Source: an uncultured Gammaproteobacteria bacterium
Lineage (GTDB): Bacteria; Patescibacteriota; Microgenomatia; UBA10105; UBA927
Direction: 5' to 3'
Assembly: GCA_964596355.1 (NCBI GenBank)
Contig: CAZQTD010000001.1
Coordinates: 4,446-68,445 of the forward strand
Length of the DNA: 64,000 nucleotides
Below the pieces are notes generated by a model that was given only the letters and a program-made list of their open reading frames with translations, had not been told where the DNA came from and ran no database searches. The position numbers and the translations under genes are program-made. Position 1 is the first letter of the stretch; the number at the start of each line of letters is the position of its first letter. Positions 55,800-64,000 of the stretch are shown here, one piece after another.

Positions 55800-55810
55800 G
55801 GTAAGGTAAC

Positions 55811-56731
55811 ATGTATGGTATGTTCACTTCTATTTCGACATTAAAAAAATTGGAGCTGAATGATCGTCATATTATTGGGCAATTTACGAAGCAATTTCCA
55901 CCCTATAATGATTTTGAATTTTTAAGCCTATGGGTCTACAACGTGGACAATAACAATGCTGTCTACATATTAAATGACAATCTCGTGATAAGAATTCAAG
56001 ATTTTGTTACCGGTGATTATTTTTATTCGTTTCTAGGCACCAACAAACTGAAAAGGACCGTTGCTACATTACTAGCAAAGAGTAAAGAAGAAAATCTTGG
56101 CAACCAATTAAGACTTGTTCCAGAAGTAGCAATACAATCATTTCCTGAATTAGAAGAACATTTTTTAGTCAAAGAAGATCCTGATAGTTTTGATTATATT
56201 CTTTCGGTAGATGACATAGCGGATTTGAGAGGAAAGAGGTTTCATGATAAACGGAATCTTGTAAATAATTTTAAGCGATTGTATCAACACCATAGAATAA
56301 GACAACTGGATTTTGATAATGATACGACTAAGAAAGATATTTTAGAGTTATTTTTCCGATGGGAAAAACAAAAAGGGAAAAGTAGAAACGAAACGCGAAT
56401 AGAGTTGACCGCCATAAAAAGATTACTTGATTTTGCGAACATCCACAACGTGATGGGATTGGGGGCATATCACGATAACAAACTTATCGGATTTGTTACC
56501 TACCATACTGTTCATGATAGATATGCAATATTAAGTTTTGAGAAGGGTGATACTTCGTATAGAGGTATTTACGAATACCTTAAACATCAGGCGGCAAAAC
56601 ATCTTAAATCTCTAGATATAAAGTATATTAATTACGAGCAAGATCTTGGCATCCCCGGACTTAAAAGGGCAAAAATCCTCTGGAAACCTAAGTTCTTTCT
56701 AAAAAAATATACGATCGGAGAAAAAACTTAG
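55811..56731 (+). CDS. DUF2156 / phosphatidylglycerol lysyltransferase (MprF) C-terminal-domain-like protein
   Basis: 306 aa. C-terminus ...YEQDLGIPGLKRAKILWKPKFFLKKY resembles the MprF-C ...GLR.FKEKF.P.W.PRYL end. Roughly 33% GC. Confidence 0.5.
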   Translation: MYGMFTSISTLKKLELNDRHIIGQFTKQFPPYNDFEFLSLWVYNVDNNNAVYILNDNLVIRIQDFVTGDYFYSFLGTNKLKRTVATLLAKSKEENLGNQLRLVPEVAIQSFPELEEHFLVKEDPDSFDYILSVDDIADLRGKRFHDKRNLVNNFKRLYQHHRIRQLDFDNDTTKKDILELFFRWEKQKGKSRNETRIELTAIKRLLDFANIHNVMGLGAYHDNKLIGFVTYHTVHDRYAILSFEKGDTSYRGIYEYLKHQAAKHLKSLDIKYINYEQDLGIPGLKRAKILWKPKFFLKKYTIGEKT

Positions 56732-57624
56732 GGAAAAATGAAATACGTGCCAGCAATGATGAGGACGATTGAGACCAGTTTCAACCCGATTGTCTTTTTC
56801 GTTACCGCTTCTTTCACGATGTATGGAAACCATAAGGAAAGAATAATGCCGAAGATGAGTACAAACATCGGTTGCAGGGCCGAAAGAACGCTGACGAGTC
56901 CGACGGAAGTGAGCGAAATGGCAAAATAGCCGGTATAGCGAGCGATGATATAGATGAGTTCATTGATCGTGATGAATACAAATACGCGCTTCTGAAACCG
57001 CTTTGTTTTTTTTGCTGTCTTTCTGAAATTATCTTTATAAGCGGCGATTGCCAGCGCGCCCAACGCGATACCAAATCCTTCATATGGCAGGGTGTTCCAG
57101 AACGGTATCTCTTGGACACCAAATTTATACAGCACCTGGGCAACGGCGAAGATGAATCCGGAAAGCAGAGCGTACCAAAATGATGTACGAAGCTTGAGGA
57201 TAGTTCTCTCGAGCCGTTCTACCGACAGAAGCATCGCGCCAAGGAGCATAAGCGCTGATCCGGCGTATTGCGGCAGTGTGAGGCGTTCTCCAAGCAAGAG
57301 AAAATCCATGATCAATACGAATACGGGATATATCTGCACAATAGGCATGACGTACGAGGTTTCATCGATGGATAGCGCTTTATAGTATGGAAGCAAGTAT
57401 ATCGTTGTCAGAAGACCGGAAGCCAGTAAGATCATAAGAGATGGTATGTCAATCGGATACGGTTTTGCGAAAACCGATATGACGCATCCGGCGACAAACG
57501 CTGAGATCCCGCCATATATAGTAATAACCGTAGGGCTTATGTTGTGCTTTTCTAATAAAAATTTATCGACGTAATTGATGATGCCAAATATGGCGGCGGA
57601 TAAGACAGCAAACAGGATACCCAT
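56728..57624 (-). CDS. EamA/DMT-family transporter
   Basis: 298 aa, 10 TM in two EamA-like halves. Confidence 0.7.
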   Translation of the reverse strand: MGILFAVLSAAIFGIINYVDKFLLEKHNISPTVITIYGGISAFVAGCVISVFAKPYPIDIPSLMILLASGLLTTIYLLPYYKALSIDETSYVMPIVQIYPVFVLIMDFLLLGERLTLPQYAGSALMLLGAMLLSVERLERTILKLRTSFWYALLSGFIFAVAQVLYKFGVQEIPFWNTLPYEGFGIALGALAIAAYKDNFRKTAKKTKRFQKRVFVFITINELIYIIARYTGYFAISLTSVGLVSVLSALQPMFVLIFGIILSLWFPYIVKEAVTKKTIGLKLVSIVLIIAGTYFIFP

Positions 57625-57628
57625 GTGG

Positions 57629-59080
57629 TCACTTTACAACAAGCACGGTTTTCAGCGCAATGTCGTGAGCCAATACGTGGCTGTTGGGATAATGACGCAG
57701 ACTCTCATAAAATCTAATTGTTTCAAGAGTAAATTGTTCACCCTGTATCGTTGTTGGGATTCCCGGTGGATACGGCGTGATATTTTCTGCGGATATTCTT
57801 CCCAGGGCATGTTTAAGCGGAATTTTTTCTATTTGGCTTTGCGGGAGCCGAGTTACTTTTCTTAATTCAAGATTTTTTGGCGTATTTTTGGGTATTTCTA
57901 ATGACGGTACAAACGATCCATTTCGTTTATTTCCGTGCGTTATTATAATTTTTTTGAGCGCTTCAACTGTGTGTTTTATGTGCCTCTCGGTTGTTTGAAA
58001 CGGAACCAAAAATAATATCGTTGGTGCATTATATTTCTCGACGATGATGTTATATTCCTTTTCGAGGAGTTTGGCGAGCGTAAACCCGGTGTAACCTGAC
58101 TTGGTAACGTCGAGGATGACTTTTGTGCCGTCGGCATCAAAGACCGCAGGCGAATTCTTTTGCACATCGGACAGCTTCACCGTACGGAAGCCTGGAATCG
58201 CATCAAGTTCTTTCGCAAGACTTTTGGCAATTTTAAGCGATCGATGGATGCTTTTTCTTCCGTGTTTTTCCAAATGTTTTCTGGCAGCATCGATGGAAGC
58301 GAGGAGAATGTAAGAAGGACTGGTTGTGGATAAATTCCTATATGAATCTAGCAGCAATCCAGTGTTTATCCGTTTTTCTTTCCAATGTATCATACTGGTT
58401 TGTTGAAGCGCCCCTCCTTGTTTGTGCGCGCTTTGGGTACAGATATCCGCTCCGCATTGCATGGCGGAAGGTGGCAAGCGGTTAGAAAAGGCAAGACGTG
58501 CGCCCCATGCCTCATCAACAAATACAATAAGCTCGGGGTTTATCTTTCGGGCAGATCGAATAAGAGTCTGTAGGTCGAGCGTGAATCCCTCATATGTTGG
58601 GTTGGTAATGAGCAGTACGTGGGGCTTTGTTGTTTTTATTGCCCGAACAATTTCTTGAAGCGGAGGAGGAAGATACATATGCAAATGAGGATCGATATAC
58701 GTGTTGGTAAAATGAAGGTTGATGCCGTAATCCTCACACGCATGAAGCACCGATTTGTGAATATTTCTAAGCGCGAGAATTCGTACGTTGGGTATTTGTC
58801 TTGCAAGTGTTCGCAATACAATGAAATTGCTTCCCGTGCAGCCGTTTACTGAAAATAGTGTCTTATCACTCCCATATGCCTTTGCGGCTCTTTTGTATGC
58901 TTCCAGAAACATTCCCGATGGCTCTGATGGAAAGCCTAATTCCTCATAGGATACGGACATATCGCTTGCGTAATAGTTTTTTACCTTTTCTAGGTTATTT
59001 TGTATCGAAGGAGTGCACCAGCGGATACACGCGACGGTCACGGTATTTAAAATATGAGTAATACTAGATTGTTTGTTCAT
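57629..59080 (-). CDS. PLP-dependent Orn/Lys/Arg decarboxylase family (fold type I)
   Basis: 483 aa. SAHKQGGALQQTSMIH (the S.HK PLP-lysine motif) and an NGCTGSN-type N-domain. Confidence 0.7.
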   Translation of the reverse strand: MNKQSSITHILNTVTVACIRWCTPSIQNNLEKVKNYYASDMSVSYEELGFPSEPSGMFLEAYKRAAKAYGSDKTLFSVNGCTGSNFIVLRTLARQIPNVRILALRNIHKSVLHACEDYGINLHFTNTYIDPHLHMYLPPPLQEIVRAIKTTKPHVLLITNPTYEGFTLDLQTLIRSARKINPELIVFVDEAWGARLAFSNRLPPSAMQCGADICTQSAHKQGGALQQTSMIHWKEKRINTGLLLDSYRNLSTTSPSYILLASIDAARKHLEKHGRKSIHRSLKIAKSLAKELDAIPGFRTVKLSDVQKNSPAVFDADGTKVILDVTKSGYTGFTLAKLLEKEYNIIVEKYNAPTILFLVPFQTTERHIKHTVEALKKIIITHGNKRNGSFVPSLEIPKNTPKNLELRKVTRLPQSQIEKIPLKHALGRISAENITPYPPGIPTTIQGEQFTLETIRFYESLRHYPNSHVLAHDIALKTVLVVK

Positions 59081-59420
59081 CGTAACGAATAACCGCTCTT
59101 TGGCAACGCCGGTGACAGGACCTATTTAAGATGTTGACGAATAGAGATGGGCGACGTTTGTATTTTCATAGTGCTGTTTTTTTATACGTAGTATGCTAGT
59201 GAAGCGCCGGCGTATTTGAGGTGGGAATTATTTCTACGCAAGTAGCGGAGACGACAATGACATTCATTTATCTAGTATAAAAGTCTTCTTTGAGGAAACA
59301 CAATGGGGTGGTATTATTAGAGGCCTTGATAGTGGCGGGTGGGAGGGGTAAATCATTTCAGAAAAGTTCAAATATGTATACGTTACTGAAATGGAACATT
59401 ATTTTTGATATCATGCGTTC

Positions 59421-59759
59421 ATGATAAAACCAATTGTATCCTTCGACGATTTTGCCAAACTCGATCTTATTGTGGGGAAGGTGATAGACGTCTTTGATGT
59501 CGATGGTAGCGAAAAACTATACAGGATGACCGTTGACTTTGGTTCCGTGTACGGAGAGCGTACAATTTTTGCGGGGCTCAAGCCATGGTACAAAAAATCA
59601 CAGCTAAAAGAAAAACAATTTGTATTCGCTGCAAATTTGGCTCCGCGTAAAATGCCAGGCGGCGAAAGCCAAGGGATGATGCTGGCGGTTGATTCCGATG
59701 AAAAGCCGCTTCTTCTTCCCGCGTCTAAGGGCGCCGTACCAGGCGCAAGACTTCGTTGA
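59421..59759 (+). CDS. tRNA-binding protein (CsaA/Trbp111, EMAP-type OB fold)
   Basis: 112 aa. FAKLDLIVGKVIDV...KLYRMTVDFGS...RTIFAGLK...MPGGESQGMML. Confidence 0.75.
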   Translation: MIKPIVSFDDFAKLDLIVGKVIDVFDVDGSEKLYRMTVDFGSVYGERTIFAGLKPWYKKSQLKEKQFVFAANLAPRKMPGGESQGMMLAVDSDEKPLLLPASKGAVPGARLR

Positions 59760-59805
59760 CCCACATTTTGACAAGTTTGTACAAATTGTACCAAGCTGGC
59801 CATAT

Positions 59806-60228
59806 ATGGCAGAACCTACCAGCTATTCGGTGGCAGAAGCGCGCAGCGCATTTGCGGATATCTTAAACCGCGTGGCGTATTCCGGTGAAATTGTCACGAT
59901 CGTCAAATACGGTGAGCCGGTGGCACGCATAACGCCGATTATTCCAAAAATCAGCCAGGAAACGATCAATGCCTATTTTGGGATGTGGAAAGATAAGCCG
60001 TGGGCACGGGATATCGGTAAACCGTCACGAAGATTCCGCAAAGGAAGAACCGCCTCTTTCAGTGAATTACATTATCGATACCAGTACCATTATCGATTTT
60101 CTTCGCGGTCACGAAGATGCGAAGATCCTCATGAAGTCAATTTCATCGAAAGGAATAGTAGGAATAAGCGTGATCACGTACGGAGAATTGTTATACGGAG
60201 CTTATCGATCCGGAGACTTTTCGCGTGA
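59806..60228 (+). CDS. Phd/YefM-family antitoxin (N-terminal ~55 aa confident; reading frame runs on unusually far, 3' end uncertain)
   Basis: MAEPTSYSVAEARSAFADILNRVAYSGEIVTIVKYGEPVARITPI. No stop in this frame until 60228, where it overlaps vapC. Confidence 0.5.
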   Translation: MAEPTSYSVAEARSAFADILNRVAYSGEIVTIVKYGEPVARITPIIPKISQETINAYFGMWKDKPWARDIGKPSRRFRKGRTASFSELHYRYQYHYRFSSRSRRCEDPHEVNFIERNSRNKRDHVRRIVIRSLSIRRLFA

Positions 60229-60404
60229 ACATCCAAAGTTTATACAATTTCTCACTGATTTTTTCTATTGCCATAGTTCCGCTTTCTGCCGATGTGATGA
60301 CCGTCTATGCACAGGTAAAATATATACGTGAACGCAAGGGAACAAAGCTGGATGCATTTGATCTTTTAATCGGAGCCACGAGCGTCGCACATCATTGCTT
60401 ATAA
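60062..60404 (+). pseudogene. vapC: VapC-type PIN-domain toxin with +1 frameshift in a T6 homopolymer (60259-60264)
   Basis: Frame A: (V)NYIIDTSTIIDFLRG...ISVITYGELLYGA...FIQFLTD. Frame B continues SIAIVPLSADVMTVYAQVKYIRERKGTKLDAFDLLIGATSVAHHCL, ending at TAA 60402-60404. Removing one T restores a full PIN domain. Confidence 0.6.
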
Positions 60405-60652
60405 GTCACTCATAATGCCCGACATTTTCAGAGATTTCCGCACATTACGCTTTATAGGCAGTAGCGCATATTACGTCTCACGTATCGCGGTTACGCCGCT
60501 TAGGAAAAAGAGGAGCCCTCCGATGCTTTTAAGCCCAAACGACCGGCTTAAGAGCATGATGGGAAGCGCCGCGCCCACAATGCTTAAGTATGGCATAAAA
60601 CCGAGACGCGGCTGATAACCCCTGATCGCCGCTCCGCTGGCGAATCAAGTGC

Positions 60653-62590
60653 ATGAAGGGTGAGTTCGTGGTATACTTGAGCATTGTTATGGCGCAAAAA
60701 CTCTCGATGAGAATGCCGAAGAAAGGCAACGGCAGAAACGGCAAAAAGCCGGTAAAAATGTGGATGTTTCAGATGAATTTGAACCTCAAAAACATCGTTA
60801 TTGGGCTTTTTGTCGTCTTTCTTCTTCTTTCACTCCTCGGCAGTATCGGCGGCAGCGATCGGATGCTTCCAGACAAGCCGTTGTCAACGGTGATTTCTGA
60901 AATTAAAGAGAACAAGGTTAAGAAGGTTGAAGTGGAAGAGGGAAAGCTGTGGATTGAATACAAGGGCGGCGACAAAGCCGTTTCCCACAAAGAGCCGCAG
61001 GAGTCGTTTATAAAAGTTCTTGAGTCTGCGGGCGTGGATCCCAAGATGGTTGAGATTACCGTTAAAGACGTAAGCGTCGCTGCCGTGTGGCTGGGGATTA
61101 TCTCAAATGTTTTGCCGTTGGTTCTCACGGTTCTTTTCTTCCTTTTTATTTTCCGCCAAGCGCGCGGCGCGCAGGACAATATCTTTAGCTTTGGTCAAAG
61201 TAGAGCGCGGATTTTTAATAAAGACCTTCCGAAAGTAACATTTGCCGATGTGGCAGGTGTGGATGAAGCGAAAAAAGAGCTGGAAGAGGTCGTGGACTTT
61301 TTGAAAAATCCGGCGAAGTACAAGGCTCTCGGCGCAAGAACGCCAAAAGGCGTCATTCTTGTGGGCCCAAGCGGCACGGGAAAGACGCTCCTTGCGAAAG
61401 CGATGGCGGGGGAAGCGAGAACCGCGTTTTACAGCATTGCCGGCAGTGAGTTCATGGAGATGCTCGTTGGCGTGGGAGCTGCGCGCGTACGCGACTTATT
61501 TGCTCAAGCCAAAAAGAATGCGCCGTCGATTATTTTCATTGATGAAATTGATGCCATCGGCAGGATGCGCAGTGTCGGCATTATGGGCGGTCACGACGAG
61601 CGCGAACAGACGCTTAATCAGATTTTGGTTGAAATGGACGGATTTGAGCCAAACACGGCTGTTTTGATTGTCGCGGCGACCAACAGAGGAGATCTTCTTG
61701 ACCCGGCGCTTCTACGGCCCGGCAGATTTGACCGGAGGGTGGTTCTTGATCTGCCGGATATGGAAGGGAGGAAAGCGATCCTTGCCATTCACGCGCGCGG
61801 CAAACCGTTTGCCAGCAGCGTCGATTGGGTGAAAGTCGCCAAGCGAACCGTCGGATTTTCCGGGGCGGATTTGGAAAATATGCTCAATGAAGCTGCCATA
61901 CTGGCGGCCCGAGGTGGAAAGAAAGAAATAGACTTTAAGGACATTGAAGAAGCGGCGACGAAAGTGAAGCTCGGGCCGGAGAAAAAGCGGCTTCAAAGCG
62001 ATATGGATAGGAAAATGACCGCCTATCACGAAGCAGGACACGCGGTTGTCACCTATTTTTCGCCAAACATGGATCCGGTACATCGCATCAGCATTGTCTC
62101 CCGCGGCATGGCGTTGGGCTATACGCTGACGCCGCCGGAAAAAGACCGGCTCCACGAAACGAAGTCACACTTGATTGATCAGATTGCTACGATGATGGGA
62201 GGGAGAGCAGCAGAGCAGCTTGTTTTTAACGAGATGACCAGCGGAGCGGCGAACGACATCGATCAAGCCACGAGAGTGGCGCGCTACATGGTCATAGAAT
62301 TCGGCATGAGCGAGTTGGGGCCTATCAACTTCGGCCCGCAGATGGATATCACCGAGTGGGGCAAAAGCTTTATGGAGCAAAATCCAGTGTCACAGGAGAT
62401 GCTAGGGGCAATTGACCGCGAGGTGAAAAGATTTCTCGATGAGGGATACGCAAAGGCGTTGGCGCTTCTTAAAAAACATCGCAAGAAACTGGACATGGTG
62501 GCAGAAGAGCTCGTTGCGAAAGAAACGATCGAAGGGGAAGAGTTCGAAGCCATCATGGGCGGCCCGAAATCCAGCATGGCCGGATCATAA
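60653..62590 (+). CDS. ftsH: ATP-dependent zinc metalloprotease FtsH
   Basis: Walker A GPSGTGKTLLAKA, Walker B IIFIDEIDAIG, and the HEAGHAVV zinc-binding motif. Confidence 0.9.
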   Translation: MKGEFVVYLSIVMAQKLSMRMPKKGNGRNGKKPVKMWMFQMNLNLKNIVIGLFVVFLLLSLLGSIGGSDRMLPDKPLSTVISEIKENKVKKVEVEEGKLWIEYKGGDKAVSHKEPQESFIKVLESAGVDPKMVEITVKDVSVAAVWLGIISNVLPLVLTVLFFLFIFRQARGAQDNIFSFGQSRARIFNKDLPKVTFADVAGVDEAKKELEEVVDFLKNPAKYKALGARTPKGVILVGPSGTGKTLLAKAMAGEARTAFYSIAGSEFMEMLVGVGAARVRDLFAQAKKNAPSIIFIDEIDAIGRMRSVGIMGGHDEREQTLNQILVEMDGFEPNTAVLIVAATNRGDLLDPALLRPGRFDRRVVLDLPDMEGRKAILAIHARGKPFASSVDWVKVAKRTVGFSGADLENMLNEAAILAARGGKKEIDFKDIEEAATKVKLGPEKKRLQSDMDRKMTAYHEAGHAVVTYFSPNMDPVHRISIVSRGMALGYTLTPPEKDRLHETKSHLIDQIATMMGGRAAEQLVFNEMTSGAANDIDQATRVARYMVIEFGMSELGPINFGPQMDITEWGKSFMEQNPVSQEMLGAIDREVKRFLDEGYAKALALLKKHRKKLDMVAEELVAKETIEGEEFEAIMGGPKSSMAGS

Positions 62591-62593
62591 TCC

Positions 62594-63601
62594 ATGAATC
62601 GCTTGGTCCTCATTGACGGTAACGCCATTCTCCATCGCGCGTACCATGCGCTGCCGCCGTTGACTGCTCCGGATGGATCGCTTGTCAACGCTGTCTATGG
62701 CTTTACCTCGATGCTTTGTAAGATATTTCATGATTTCAAGCCGACGCATATCGCCGTTGCGTTTGATCGGCCCAAGCCTACGTTTCGCAAGCAACTGTTT
62801 ACTGCCTATCAGGCGACGAGACCCAAAATGGATGAGGAACTTGCGGGGCAAATAGAGAAGGTTCACGACGTGATCCGCGCGTTCGGCATTCCCATTTTTG
62901 AGAAGGACGGCTACGAGGCAGACGATGTGATCGGGACGTTAGCACGAAGGGCAACAGGTCATAAGCAAAAACAGATACGTAAGGCCAAAAACGTATCTTC
63001 GCCGATTGACCAGGCGGTTATCGTCACCGGAGATCGAGATATCTTACAGCTTGTTGACGACAGAACATTCGTCTACATGCCAACCAAGGGGTTGTCCGAA
63101 GGGACGCTTTATATGGAAAAGGACGTTGAAGAAACAATGGGAGTAGCCCCCGGACACATACCAGACCTCAAAGCTCTTATGGGGGATAGTTCTGATAATT
63201 ATCCAGGAGTTGCCGGTATTGGCCCAAAAACCGCGGTGAGTTTGCTGAAAGAATTTGGGAGTGTGAGCAGGCTCTACGAGCAGGGGAAGAAGGGACACTG
63301 GGGCAATCTTGGAGAAAGAGTAAAAGAAAAACTTATTGCCGGCGAACAAAGCGCAAGGCTTTCCAAAGATCTCGCGACGATCCGCTGCGATGTGCCTATC
63401 GAAGGAGAACTGAAAGAAATACCGTCGCTTGATACGCCCAAGGCGCGCGAGATGCTCATTGCTCTCCATTTCCACTCGCTTGTGAAACGATTACGCGCAG
63501 AGAATCAGGAAAAGGGTAAAACGAACAACCACCCGCGGCCGCAAAACACCGTCGGCGAAAAGAAAACCTCGCCATCCAGCCAACAGCAACAGTTATTTTA
63601 G
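62594..63601 (+). CDS. 5'-3' exonuclease (Pol I N-terminal/FEN-like), stand-alone
   Basis: LVLIDGNAILHRAYHAL, the acidic cluster YEADDVIGTLA..VIVTGDRD, and the H3TH motif PGVAGIGPKTA. Confidence 0.8.
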   Translation: MNRLVLIDGNAILHRAYHALPPLTAPDGSLVNAVYGFTSMLCKIFHDFKPTHIAVAFDRPKPTFRKQLFTAYQATRPKMDEELAGQIEKVHDVIRAFGIPIFEKDGYEADDVIGTLARRATGHKQKQIRKAKNVSSPIDQAVIVTGDRDILQLVDDRTFVYMPTKGLSEGTLYMEKDVEETMGVAPGHIPDLKALMGDSSDNYPGVAGIGPKTAVSLLKEFGSVSRLYEQGKKGHWGNLGERVKEKLIAGEQSARLSKDLATIRCDVPIEGELKEIPSLDTPKAREMLIALHFHSLVKRLRAENQEKGKTNNHPRPQNTVGEKKTSPSSQQQQLF

Positions 63602-63604
63602 GCT

Positions 63605-64000
63605 ATGAACATTGCGATAGTTCACGATTATCTTCGAGAATACGGCGGGGCGGAACGAGTGGTGGAGGCCATGCATGAATTGTGGCCGGACGCGCCGCTT
63701 TTTACGTCCTTCGTCGATTGGAAAAATCTGGGAGAGCAGGGGAAAAGGTTTAAGAATTGGGATATTCGGACAAGCTGGGTGCAAAACAATTGGTTTGTCA
63801 AACGGTTCCACTCGCCGCTTCGATTTTTGGCTCCGAACATTTGGGAAAGCTTTGACCTTTCCGGTTATGATGTCGTGATTTCATCGAGCGGGTGGTTTAT
63901 GTGCCGCGGTGTCGCCAACAGACAACAAACAACAAAGAACACACAACTTCACGTCTGTTACATCCACCACCCGCCGCGGAATCTGTATGGGTACGCAACA
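63605..64000 (+). CDS. glycosyltransferase family 4-like protein, N-terminal part (runs off window end)
   Basis: MNIAIVHDYLREYGGAERVVEAMHELWPDAPLFT, a typical GT4 N-terminus. No stop before 64000. Confidence 0.55.
   Translation, partial: MNIAIVHDYLREYGGAERVVEAMHELWPDAPLFTSFVDWKNLGEQGKRFKNWDIRTSWVQNNWFVKRFHSPLRFLAPNIWESFDLSGYDVVISSSGWFMCRGVANRQQTTKNTQLHVCYIHHPPRNLYGYAT

Noticed and set aside
1-64000. CRISPR arrays, rRNA genes, transposases/IS elements
   Set aside because: No regularly spaced direct repeats, no rRNA-like conserved stretches, and no transposase (DDE/HUH) ORFs were seen. The only mobile-like signatures are the repeat-flanked PaaX-like and 4-helix-bundle cassettes and the low-GC island.

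Overview
This 64-kb window reads as a gene-dense, mostly ~50-55% GC chromosomal segment from a small-genome bacterium, probably CPR/Patescibacteria-like (inference from the gene families present). It spans the replication origin region: dnaN-dnaA, then rpmH-rnpA-yidD-yidC-jag, with DnaA boxes in both intergenic regions flanking dnaA.

Main blocks, in order:
- 1-4.3 kb, minus strand: an archaeal-type mevalonate module. It holds a partial mevalonate kinase, a DUF35 OB-fold protein, a thiolase, an archaeal-type HMG-CoA synthase and a class I HMG-CoA reductase.
- 5-25 kb: a split type-IV-secretion-like locus.
  - An ECF sigma/anti-sigma pair sits divergent from six tandem TrbC/VirB2-like pilin paralogs and a VirB6/TrbL-like membrane protein.
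  - A 1149-aa C-terminally anchored protein of unknown function is encoded on the opposite strand.
  - A PaaX-like regulator is flanked by three copies of a 40-bp repeat, one of them a perfect palindrome.
  - nadD follows, then an AT-rich four-helix-bundle (23S rRNA IVS family) cassette flanked by inverted TTGCTTATT repeats.
  - A VirD4/TraG-like ATPase is divergent from an operon: PrgI/VirB3-like fusion protein, a VirB4-like ATPase interrupted by one in-frame TAG, an M23 peptidase fusion, and a bitopic secreted protein.
- 30-46 kb: envelope polysaccharide genes (Wzy-like, Wzx-like, DUF4012, GT4 at the window end), housekeeping genes (rnhA, rplY, nth, PPIase) and an efp-epmA-yggS cluster. Nearby are a thermonuclease, an alpha/beta hydrolase and a phosphodiester glycosidase.
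- 46-54.6 kb: valS, trpS, a xerD-like recombinase, ftsB, and a GAF histidine kinase with a stand-alone receiver.
- 50.5-51.4 kb: two CAU-anticodon tRNAs bracketing a hypothetical gene. One is canonical; the other is aberrant and initiator-like.
- 54.9-59.4 kb: a ~35-40% GC island with a polytopic membrane protein, an MprF-C-like (DUF2156) protein, an EamA transporter and a PLP Orn/Lys/Arg decarboxylase.
- 59.4-64 kb: a Phd/YefM-VapC(PIN) toxin-antitoxin module whose vapC carries a +1 frameshift in a T6 homopolymer, then ftsH, a 5'-3' exonuclease and a partial GT4.

No rRNA and no CRISPR array were seen.
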